A stretch of 64,000 bases of DNA from Neodothiora populina (Eukaryota). Position numbers and translations under genes: made by a program. The stretch spans positions 372,001 through 436,000 of the forward strand of contig NW_027191410.1 of NCBI RefSeq assembly GCF_041146345.1, in the 5' to 3' direction. The notes under the pieces were generated by a model. It was not told where the DNA came from. It was given only the letters and a program-made list of their open reading frames with translations, and searched no databases. Each line of letters opens with the position of its first letter. Positions within the stretch are counted from its first letter, which is position 1. Below, in pieces: positions 23,637-34,869 of this stretch.

Positions 23637-24632
23637 ATGAGTGTCGATGCGAGCGCTTACGAGTCGCGAAGACTGGAAAACATAAGGCGTAATCAGGCTT
23701 TGCTCAACGAACTCGGGATCGAGAAACGGAATCTCGCTATAAAGCAAGAGGCATCTCGACGGCCCGCTGCCCAAAAGAGGAAGTTGTCTCCTTCCATCGC
23801 AAAACCTGCCCGTGCATCTGCGCGTATAGCTTCGTCTGTCACGCGTCCGAACTACAACGAGGATGTTTCGTTGCGCGCTACCCAGGTATCCTCGTCGAGA
23901 AATCAGAGAACGAGGACAGCAAACAACAAAGTGAAAAGAGAACCAGTCACTGCTGCTCCTGTTGTAGATACATCGTCACCTCCGCCCGACCTCCAAGACA
24001 TCCGAGCGGGTTGGACATCCTGGGACTCAGTAGCTCCTCCACCTACGAGAGACGAAGATGGCACATTCCACTTCGATTCCCATCCCACCTTTCTGCCGAA
24101 TAAGTCACCTGCTGAGATGCTAGCCGAGGGCGCATTTGGAGGGTCGTACTATCGACCATTATACTCCAAAAGTCTACGCACCACAATCGAGGACGACTGG
24201 AAAGAACTGCCCGAAGCATGGCTCACAAACCTCAATGTCGACACTCATCTCACCAGTACCACATATGATCCTGAGGTCAATAAATTTCGAGTAAAATGCG
24301 GCCAGAGCATCGAAGAATGGGAAGCCGCTGGGTGGATCGCTCACGCCTACGATGTGCGAGGGTGGTTCCAGTGGTACACACGTTTCTGGATGGGTCGACG
24401 ATGCGACGACGATGATAGACAAGTAGGAAGGTGGGACCGATGCGCAGGTAGATCAGGCAGGTGGCGGAGAATGCTGCTGAAGAAATACCTCCAAGCTGGC
24501 GTCAGGACTGTCGCTGATGAGGGTATGGATGATGGTGAGGAAGTCTCGCCGGTCATGCATCAGACTTGTCATCAGTGGGCCTTTGAGGTCAGACAGCAGG
24601 ATCTCGACGATGCCTGGGCTGGCAAGACTTGA
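23637..24632 (+). CDS. Conserved protein of unknown function (FLPNKSP...EGAFGGSY / RGWFQWY...GRR family)
   Basis: 331-aa intronless ORF with a basic N-terminus (YESRRLENIRRNQALL) and a Trp/Arg-rich conserved-looking C-terminal domain. Confidence 0.85.
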   Translation: MSVDASAYESRRLENIRRNQALLNELGIEKRNLAIKQEASRRPAAQKRKLSPSIAKPARASARIASSVTRPNYNEDVSLRATQVSSSRNQRTRTANNKVKREPVTAAPVVDTSSPPPDLQDIRAGWTSWDSVAPPPTRDEDGTFHFDSHPTFLPNKSPAEMLAEGAFGGSYYRPLYSKSLRTTIEDDWKELPEAWLTNLNVDTHLTSTTYDPEVNKFRVKCGQSIEEWEAAGWIAHAYDVRGWFQWYTRFWMGRRCDDDDRQVGRWDRCAGRSGRWRRMLLKKYLQAGVRTVADEGMDDGEEVSPVMHQTCHQWAFEVRQQDLDDAWAGKT

Positions 24633-27016
24633 GTACGCTACAGTCCTCAGTAGTGCATGCGTTCCTTGCTCGAGCTTCGCCGTCTTTCGCATTGTCAGCA
24701 GGCTCGGGAGCCGCTATGCGCCTCGACTTTACTCTGCTTCGGCAGTCAGTCTTGTAGGCTTGATGAGAAAGTATAATCGAAACCATAGCTAGGGCTCTGC
24801 GAGTCATGATCGGCATAAAAGCGACAGACTAGTCCATTGAAGTTGATCTGTCTGTAGCATACTTGGTCATCCAGACAGACGTCAGAATCATGAGCGTATT
24901 GCGTATCTCAGGGACCGTGGTGTTGAACGAATTCCGTGTCTTGCTTCCCAAGTAAGACGAATAATCGCAGCCATTAATGGATATAAAAGGCAAATCCAAG
25001 AATATGGGCAAAAGCTTGGCGGCGCAATTTGGTAAACTCAAAACGTGGCATTGCTATTTCTGTAAGTAAATGGAAATGAATAAGCATATTTTGTCCTGGT
25101 AGATGATTGCATCTCTTCTCAAAGAGTAACCGGATGACCTCAATGATCTCTAGTGTAAGTCATGGAATGCCAGAGTCAAAATATCCCACGCGCGTTGTAG
25201 CAGAAGCAGCCTGCATCACGTGTGCAGGAAGTAAAAGTGCGGAAGACAAGCGATGAAGCCAACCGCTGCCATCAAACCATGCGTTGCCATCTTCATCCTC
25301 CTCCAGCTTGTGCTCAACGACCCCAGCAAAATTGTCTGGCACATCACGAATCGACAAATCGTCAATTTGAGGATGTAGAGATCCCTTTAACGGGAGATGC
25401 ACTGGTAGCTTCAACGATACGTAAGATGGACGCAGCCGTCGCGTTCCTAGCCTCGGTGTAGGCGCCCCTTTGACTAACCCAGCGAAGTCGAAGTGCTCCG
25501 TGGCAGATCGAGCATCCTTTATTTAATCAAGATTGATCAGTATTCGATTCCTATCCTCTACTATACTCCTTCTCTCCGCTGCTATTGTGGAGTCAGGCAC
25601 TACTGTCCCATGATAATGTGGGGTTCTCGGATGATTCATGCGTTAGGAAGAATACAGCACCGTCAACACGATCCAAGTTCATAACTATCTCCTATACGAG
25701 TTTCATCTATCCGGCATAAATTACTGGGATACCATGACTGTACCACGCAGATATGACCAGATCACCACTTAAGTCACGCGGAATGGAGACGACGCTGACG
25801 AAGACGAGGCTCTTCTCCCACCCAACGAAGCGCTTTTGCAAAAGCCCCGAAGCCTTTGTGTTTTCCGAAAGATCTCCAAGATATACTCCTAGCTCTTCTG
25901 GACATACCCTTGCAGCTGCTGAAGGATACGAGAAAAGAATGGATGCATCCCACAAAGCATGATCCGTTTGCCATTCCAAAGCTGGTGGGACACAAGTGCA
26001 AAATGATAATCCATTCCAACGATGGGTGCAAGGAAGACTTGAGACAAGATTCGCCAAGGCTACTGGCCTCGAGCAACTCAGACTGGTGCAGACACGGTGA
26101 CAGGATATCCTCTGCACTGCAGTGACGCTGCATGCGTCACCTATTGTAATATGAGCTACTTTGCCTAGCTCCGCTTCTTGTAACATGTTGGTCAGTTTAA
26201 AACATACGAGCACTGAGATGGGGCAGAATCTACCAGGTGTCTGGCCATCTTGTTCGACTGAACAGGCCTAGTACCCGGAGAACCGACTATTAAGCAAGCT
26301 TACACATCCTCCTCTGCCTCACCGAGTCCACTCTCCGAAGTTACCATCAATGTACTGTTCCCTTGCCAGGTCATCTGGAAGAATATTTCCCTTACACAGT
26401 CTCTGTACGGCTGCTGTAGAGGGACTCTTTCCCCATTCAAGTCGCCGAGTGCAATGCGCGCCATCAACGGGCCGAACGCGTCTACAGCCGTAGAACAGTA
26501 TCGCCTTTGTAGCACATACTCCATCAAGTGCAGCAGAGATAACCGATTCACAGCCGCGCCTACTGGATCGTCATCTGCTATCCAAGCATACCCGTGGCTG
26601 CCTTTGAGCCTGGCGGAACGCTTACGTGAATCGCATTCACTAGGTGGTTCGCGATGAGCATGGGCTGAGAAGAGAACTGCGGTGTACACGCAGTACCAGA
26701 GGTAAGCGCAAACCTTGGACGTCATATAAAATCAGGCGGTAGGTCGACTATACCAAGGTTGTTTATCAGTGGCATCTGTTGCGGCACTTTTCCGGCTCCA
26801 CGGCTGTAGCGGGTCAAGGCTTTTGCCGACGTTGCGCTGGTGAGGAGAACATGGATTCAAGCCAAGACGTGCGACTTTCTCAATTCTCAACTATCACCAT
26901 CACTTCTTTCAGTTTTAATCATCGGGGGAGCAAGAGAAAATATCCAATATACCCATCCAAGGTTTTTATTGTCACTTTCCACGCGTTCAGGTGTTGAGTT
27001 GTCGCGAAAGTGGTTT

Positions 27017-27031
27017 TGACGTCACGTGACG
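27017..27031. promoter_or_regulatory. Overlapping CRE (TGACGTCA) and E-box palindrome (CGTCACGTGACG) upstream of the PWWP gene
   Basis: The sequence tgacgtcacgtgacg contains a perfect 12-bp palindrome at 27020-27031, about 280 bp before the ATG at 27312. Confidence 0.5.
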
Positions 27032-27311
27032 ATCTGCTGTCGCTGCGCTTCCCTCATATTTCGAGCTTCGCGTTGGCTTTCTCATCCTTCCGTCCTCCAC
27101 ACAACACCACCTTGTCCTTGTCACTGCCACAACTTCATCGACTTCACATTGACGATCTAATTGCGCATCTCAAGTAGCGCATCTGTTACACCTTTGTGAC
27201 CTCCCATCTCAATTTCGCCTCACCTGAACGCGCTTCTCGCGCTAGTAACGCGTCACCACCCCCCGTCGATTACGTCAAATCACGTTTCAGCTACCACTCC
27301 GGCACGTCAGG

Positions 27312-29280
27312 ATGGCTGAGGAACAGGCAACCACTGCTCCTGAGGAGACTCAGACTGTACTCATATCTCCCACACCTATCGGTCGACTCATGTCGCTAAT
27401 TGACACACAGACCACCGCGCCAGAAGCTACCAATGAGAACAGCACTGACGCACCTGCCACAACCAGCGACAACGTTGAAGGTGAGATTGATCAGGAAAGT
27501 TCATAGATCTCATTTTGGACTAACTCATCTCAGCGACCCCCTCCACTGACGCTGCCGCGGACGAGAAACCGGCAGAGAAGCCAGAGGCTGACCCTGCCAC
27601 AGCTGGTGAGCAAGCAACCACTGAAGCTACTGGCCCTGATGGCCAGACCGCACAAGCTGAGACCGCCCCATCGGAAGGCGCGTCTGCTGCTACCCCTGCT
27701 TCTGCCAAGGGCAAGAGAAAGTCGACTGGTGGAGTTCCAGAACACAAGAACAAAAAGGCGAACAAGAGAAAGTCGATGGTCAATATCATAAGCGGCGCGC
27801 AGCCGGGCGACTATTTCTTTGCCAAGTTCAAGGGTTACGCTCCGTGGCCGTCCATCATCTGCGACGAATCCATGCTTCCCGAGACTTTATTAGCGACTCG
27901 ACCTGTCAGCACTATCAACGCACAGGGCGAGCTCCGTGCAGACTACCGAGAGGATGGAAAGAATGCCAAAGACCGCACTTATCCCATCATGTTCTTGGAA
28001 ACCAACGAATTGTAGGTTGAACTTTGCATATTGCTGGGTAGGATACCGATACTGATCCGTTCAATAGTGCTTGGATCGTCAACACTGCTCTTACTCCGCT
28101 CAACCCCGGTGACACTGCCGAGGACAAGCTGAAGCCTAAGATGAGCCAATCTCTCAAGAACGCCTATGCACTTGCCGAGGAGCGTCACGACATCGAGTAC
28201 TTCAAGCAGATCTTGCAAGAGCATCAGGAGGCTGAGAAAGAGCTTCAAGAGGAGCTTGCTGCTAAGGAGGCCGAGAAGGCCGAGAAGGCTGCCAAGAAAC
28301 AGGAGCGTACTGAGAACGAAAAGGTCAAGGAGAAGAAGGAGAAGCGCAAGAGCACTGCCAAGAGCAAAGATGCCGTCTCTGACGAGGACGAGATGGACGT
28401 TGACGGAAAAGCGGAGGCGGCTAAGCCTTCGAAGAAGCGCAAGAAGGAGGCCGAGAGTGAGGGAGAAGGTGCCAAGGTAAGTCGCACACCATGTCCTACC
28501 AAAACTTGTCATTCACTTACCGTGTCGCAGCCTAAGAAGACACCTAAGACTATCAAGCTCAAGGCCGAAAAGACACCCAATGGAGACTCTGCGAAGAAGA
28601 CCGAGAAGAAGAAGAAGATTGTCTCGAAGCCCGAGGAGACTGAGGAGAAGGAAGTCCTCACTGATGCGCAGAAGCTGGCCAAACGCGAGACTGCCGTTCT
28701 CTACCTTCGTCACAGGATGCAGAGAGGATTCTTAACCCGCGATCAAATCCCTAAGGAGGAGGAGATGGACACGATGGCCGAACTCTTTTCTCAGCTCGAA
28801 GCCTTTGACAACATCGAGCCAACTATTCTTCGCAAGACCAAAATCAACAAGGTTCTCAAGGGCATTGTCAAGCTTGCTTTCATCCCCAAGGAAGAGGAGT
28901 ATCACTTCAAGAAGCGATCCAACGATCTTCTTGCACAATGGAACACTGCTTTGGACCAAAGCAAAGCCGAGACCCCTACAGACGCCCCTGCTACCGATGG
29001 CGAGGCCAAGACGAACGGCGAAGCTGCCGAGAAGGACGAAGCTGCCGAAGCTGCTCCTGCCGAGGAGCCAGTAGAGACAGAGCAGAACGGCCATGATGCC
29101 AGAGACGAAGCCGCTGATACCGTCATGACTGATGCGCCAAAGGAGGACAAGCCCGAAGAAGCTACTGCGGAGAGCGCCATCGAAAAGCCCGAGGAGAAGG
29201 CAGAGGAGAAGACGGAGGAAAAGACCGAAGACCAGGCAGAAGCCGCACCCGCCGCCAGCGCGGAGGAGGCTTCATCATAG
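27312..29280 (+). CDS. PWWP-domain chromatin protein with a C-terminal TFIIS-N/LEDGF-like helical domain (Pdp3-like); introns 27357-27410, 27481-27533, 28012-28067, 28477-28530
   Basis: FFAKFKGYAPWPSIICDESMLP...YPIMFLETNEFAW is a PWWP domain. VLYLRHRMQRGFL...LRKTKINKVLKGIVKL follows. All introns are GT-AG. Confidence 0.88.
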
Positions 29281-30000
29281 GCGGTCGACAAATGAGTCCT
29301 GATGACAATGCTTCATCTGACGTGATGGCTAGCAAGCCTACGTATTTCTCTGTGCATAATTAAAGCACACTTGACAAAAATGGTTATCATGCGAAGCAAA
29401 TTTCGAGCCAAGATACTTTCCCTTTTGCTTTGGCGTGGAAACAGCGATTCGAAAGGTGGGACGGGGGCAACGTATTCACGGAGGTTTGCTAGTTGATCTG
29501 TTTCCTTTCCTTTCAATATTGCCACAGTCTTCTGATCAGAAGACGGATAGGCAGGCACATTCTCTGGCTCAATGAGATGGACCAAGACAGGGCTGTGTGC
29601 TAGACACGCGATGCAGTTCGCTCTTTATTCTACATGAGGATTCTGAATGATGGTTTTTCATACCTTACGCCTCTCTCTCTTCTCATACTGTGTCTCTGTC
29701 GAAGACTGCAATGCTTTGAGTTGTTGAAGGGTACTGTACATATCTATTGTACGGCGGAGAGCTAAGGGCTGTGGCTGTACATGACGTGATAAGAATGCCC
29801 CGCATGTTTCCTCTCCAGCTCTCGACTCTCGACGCGCCCCGCAAGTGAAACAGAAAAATTATGCTGGAGAGAAGGCCGAGTCCGGGTCAAGGACAAAAGT
29901 ATATCATCATATTATCAGAATTGCATACCCACAAAGACAGGTCAACACTACAAGTACCAACGAATACTTTTGACACCTCCACATAACTCAACCAGCTACC

Positions 30001-31149
30001 ATGGCCGAACCCGCCGTATCAGCCATCGACGGCGTATACGCAAACACGCAAACCACCGCCGGCCGCAACGACAACAACAACAACACAAACCCCGATGCAC
30101 TGATCACGTCGCCGGATCACGATCACCCGGCGAACCTGATCTGCTCGCTATGTCGCCAGTTCTACACTCAAGGGTGGGTGACTGGTACGGGAGGTGGCAC
30201 CTCGATAAAGAAGGGCGAACATATCTTTCTCGCGCCAAGCGGCGTGCAGAAGGAGCTCATGCAGCCCAAGGATCTTTTTGTCATGGATGCGAAGAGTGGG
30301 GAGTATATTAGACGACCTGAGGTATGTCTCTCCGGCATTTTTCCGATTTCTTCCTGGTGGTATTTCGGAGACGAGGGGGGTGTTGGGGTGGGGTTAAGGG
30401 ATCCAAAATTCAAAAATGTCTTGATTGAACGAGAAGTGAAACGGAATGTGATATTGTTCAGTAAGAGGTTCAAGGAAGGATAAGGAGATAGGAGGAGCTC
30501 GAGAGATGGCCGAGTTATTTAGTACGCCCCGCTGACAAAGATCTGTGTTCTGTATAGGTCCTCAAGCCGTCAGCATGCACACCCCTCTTCATGGCAGCAT
30601 ACACACTCCGCGACGCAGGCTGCTGCATTCACACCCACAGCATCCACGCCGTCCTCGTCACTCTATTGTGCGAATCCCTTCCCAACCTCAACACCGACGT
30701 CTTCGAGATCGAGCAGATCGAGCAGATCAAGGGCATCGCAAGAGGTTACGACGTGCTTGCCGACGAAGCAGGAGAGGACGGCAAGAGAGCAGTCATGAAG
30801 AAGGCGGGCAACCTCGGCTACTTTGACAGGCTCAGAATTCCCATCATCGAAAACACGGCGCACGAGGAAGATCTGAGGGACACTTTGGAGGAGGCGATTA
30901 AGCAATGGCCGGATGCGCACGCTGTCTTGGTCAGACGGCATGGTATCTATGTCTGGGGCAGAGATGTCGCGCAGGCTAAGACGCAGTGTGAAAGGTATGT
31001 TTGTTGCATTTTCTGTTCGGCCTGAAATACAGACGGAAAGGGTGCTTCATCATGTGATCGCTGGCTGACTTACTGCTCACAGTCTGGACTATATCTTCCA
31101 ACTAGCTGTAGAGATGCACAAGCTTGGATTACCGTGGACGAAGAACTAG
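30001..31149 (+). CDS. MDE1: Methylthioribulose-1-phosphate dehydratase (methionine salvage); introns 30322-30557, 30995-31082
   Basis: [60 protein letters not shown] and KTQCESLDYIFQ. Confidence 0.95.
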
Positions 31150-31567
31150 AGAATTTAGTAAAGGTTCATGGTAAATATGGGAGAAGGATGTGGTACATGA
31201 ATATAGATGGATTCCTTTCACATGCGTCGGAAAGACATTCGTCACATATAGACCTTGTGATGGCTCTATTTGGTTTTTAATGCTCCATTGGTCGTCACAG
31301 CTAATTGATAGTAACCAGCCTGGTGTTCAATTATCCGTAGTCACAGGATGGTTTATCAAGGTAGTCAGGAAGTGATAATATAACGCAGAGGGGCGTAAAC
31401 CCGGCTATAATTACCGTCTCCGTGATCTGACGTCGCGGTGTTTGGATCCCACGTTGTGCCTTCCCCTTCCAGCTGCTATACAGCACACTCCACCGCATAC
31501 AACACCCCTCATCCGCCAGCAAACTTCGACAATTACTCTGATCTGCCATAATTCACAACCCAACAAA

Positions 31568-32527
31568 ATGGCAGTCGATCAATTTGATTCAGCTCTGTAA
31601 TTATCCCCTCTTTCATCTTTCAATACTTATCGACCGAATGAACTGACACGGAAGCCTCCCAGCGACCTCCTCCGCCGACTGAACCCCAAACACACCGCCA
31701 CCAACCTCGCCTCAATCTGCACTCTGGTCCCCGACCAAGAGGAAGAGCTTCTCGCATCCGTCGATCAACCTCTGCAAGTCCGCCGTTGCAAGAAGTCCGG
31801 CCGCGACTACCTTTTGTGCGACTACAACCGCGATGGTGACAGCTACCGCAGTCCGTGGAGTAACGAGTTCGACCCACCCGTCGAGGATGCCGAAGTGAGC
31901 AGCGAGCGAGTACGTCGCATGGAGGTCAGAGCCAATGAGGCCTTTGACGTCTACCGGGAGCTCTACTACGAAGGCGGCACCTCCTCCGTCTACTTCTGGA
32001 ACCTCGACGATGGCTTTGCTGGTGTGGTCTTGCTGAAGAAGGGTGGTGCCGGCACTGCCTCTTCGCCCTCTCAGAACGCCGCCTGGGACTCGATTCACGT
32101 GCTTGAGGTCAACGAGCGCGGCAGGACAGCAAAGTACAAGCTTACCTCCACTGTCATTCTTTCTCTTGGCAACTCCAGCGAGGCATTGGGCGACTTGGAC
32201 TTGAGCGGAAACATGACGAGGCAGGTCGAGCAGGACTTGCCTGTTGATGGTGACGAGGCCCATGTCGCCAATGTTGGCCGTATGGTCGAGGACATGGAGC
32301 TCAAGATGAGGAATTTGTTGCAAGAGGTTTACTTTGGCAAGGCCAAGGATGTTGTGGGAGATTTGAGAAGTCAGTATCCTTTCGTTTCTTCATTTCATTG
32401 TGTTGGACATATCAGCATTGCGTATTCGCATTACTGACAACAATCTACAGGCATACCGTCCATTTCGGAAACCAACAAGGATAGAGCTACTCAGCGGGAG
32501 ATGATCAACAGCATAGGAGGCCGATAG
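31568..32527 (+). CDS. CAP2: F-actin capping protein beta subunit; introns 31597-31662, 32370-32450
   Basis: FDSALDLLRRLNP, YLLCDYNRDGDSYRSPWSN, YYEGGTSSVYFW, WDSIHV, LSGNMTRQ and LQEVYFGKAKDVVGDLRS. Confidence 0.97.
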
Positions 32528-32815
32528 ATGACTACACCTTCGCGTGCATAGCTAAGAAATGCAGAATAGAATGCGTGAACAAAGCACCATGAAAGAGAGC
32601 TGTCGTTGGCTCCGTGATGCTACTTTTCCTATGACTTCGCCTCCTTTCACACTGCACATCAGGACTGATACACAGAATGAATTTTGATGAGAAAACCAGA
32701 TTACAATATTCATTATATCATGAAACTACCGAATTAACGCTATGCAAAAGAAGCCACCGCTATGCGTCAGGATTATACACATTCGTAAATGCTCGTGTTC
32801 TTTGACCGTCATTGC

Positions 32816-34626
32816 TCACTTGCGAAGAGCGAGGATTCTCTCTGCCGCCCGCTCAGCAGCCACAACGATGGCGGCACTGGGGTTAGAGGTCGTCAACTCG
32901 GGGAAAATGGAACCATCGACAACAAACAGGTTGTCCATGCCGTACACCTTGGTGTCAGGATCGACAACCGCAGTGCCTCCGTTGCGTCCATCGTCGGTTC
33001 CGAGCTTGCAGCTACCGAGCCAATGGTTGACAGCTGCGTGCTCAGTCGAGTCGACATAATCGCTGGCAGAGACTTCCGGTTTGGGTGACAAGATTGTCAA
33101 GTCACTGACGTTGCTCAACGCTGACCTCATACTTTCGATTCCGTGGATGATGGCCTCTCTGTCAGCAGCGTTTTGACTCGGGCTTGGCATGGTCTCGACG
33201 ATCATCTTGAGCTCAGAGGTGATGGTCGTTCTACCTCTGGCGACCTGGCCGAGACCGAGGTAGTTCGAGATGGTCATAGCCTTGCCGTCGTCGTTGCTGA
33301 TGCCGAGAGAGGGGGCCACACGCGCGGTCCATTGCAATTGGCGGTACTTGCCATCGCTGCCAGTCACAGGCTCCCATACCATTGGGTTAAGGTTTGAAGC
33401 GCACTGAGCGAGGATGCCAGCGCGATTTTTGAGGTAGTTCTGCTTGTCAGACTCGATGGGCGAGTTGTAAGCGGCTTGCCAGTCGTAGGGCACGACGTTT
33501 GGGTGGTGAATGACAATATCGGTCTAATCCTATATCAGCTCTCAAGCTCGTAGCATCGTTTCATCGAATAACTTACGTTGATGTTGTCGAGTAGGTTCTT
33601 GCCCACGGGAAGATCGATCCATTGGTCCTGTGCGATCATCTTGTCTGACTCGGCATCACGCACAACCTCAAGCATATCTTGTGGACCAATTCCACTTCTG
33701 AACAAGATCTTTGGTGTTCCGAAAGCACCAGCAGACAAGATGACACTGCCACCGTTGGCAGAAATGCCGACGCTGCCGTCGTGACCGCCGTTACCAGCAC
33801 TCTTCAACTCGAGTCCGGTGACCTTGCTTCCGTCTCGGATGACCCTCTCAACCATGGTGTTTTGCCACAGCTCGAAATTGGGCCTTGCGGATGCCTCGAC
33901 CAAGTACGTGGCCATGGGACCGCTACGCTCGCCGTGCTCGTACATGAATGTGGTGTTGGTGAAGACTCTTCTCTGCGTCTTTTGTTCCGGAGTCTCATTG
34001 CTGAGTTCTCTCTCCCACCCAGCGGTCTCGAACGCCCACTCCAACACGCCCGGCCCCTGCTGCATACTGATTACTCCGTCACTGCTGGGCACATGCGTAC
34101 CGGGAATCTTGTTGAACACCCTCTCGGTAGCAGGAGCAAGATCACCACTTCCCCAGCCGACGTTAGCAGGGAAAGTGTCGTCCCAGTCCATGCTCGCGGG
34201 CTTCCACCAAAGACCAGCATTGATAGCTGTTCCACCACCCAATACACAACTTGCGATCGCACCTTCGACATCGTCGCAGTAGATACCGTCTTCCCATCCT
34301 GTGCCCGCCCACTGTTCGTTGTACAGACTAGGCACATCGAACGAGCTCAGATTCGTTCCTTGCAACCAAGGCGCCACACGCAGGTTTCCTCCCCATCGAC
34401 CTGACGAGGGAGGACCGCGCTCGATCAGAAGAGTACGGGCTCCAGAGGCGGATAGCTGTGCAGCCAAGGGAATACCTCCCGCGCCAGAACCTACGACGAT
34501 GTAGTCGTATGTGGATGTGTCTTGGCGTGTGGAAAGAGGTGCCGCAGAGACGAGGACATCGGCCGGTAGGGCCAGGAGGAAGGCAGTCACCGCTGCGCTG
34601 GCGAGCCTGAAAACTGTGGGTGCCAT
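32816..34626 (-). CDS. Secreted GMC oxidoreductase, cellobiose dehydrogenase-like (AA3_1) flavin domain without the cytochrome domain; intron 33524-33576
   Basis: The signal peptide is followed directly by YDYIVVGSGAGGIPLA, LLIERGPPSSGRWGG, CVLGGGTAINAGLWW and GTPKILFRSGIGP. Catalytic NHW and NPSAAIVVAAE motifs are present. Confidence 0.88.
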
Positions 34627-34869
34627 ACTGGTTCTCTTTTTCTGCCTTGACGGTAGTCCCGTTTACTCGTACAATATAGAAAGTGGTTCTTTCCAATCTC
34701 AAAGGGTAAAATATGCCAAACGATGTATAAGATATCCAAAATCGAGTATCTATTCTCTCACAATAGTGATAAGGGACCTGTATCGAAGGAAAGATATGTA
34801 TATACAAAAACCAGAAGCCTCATAAGACGGACATCTAGAATGCTATATATACGAATCCAAGAGCAAAGC

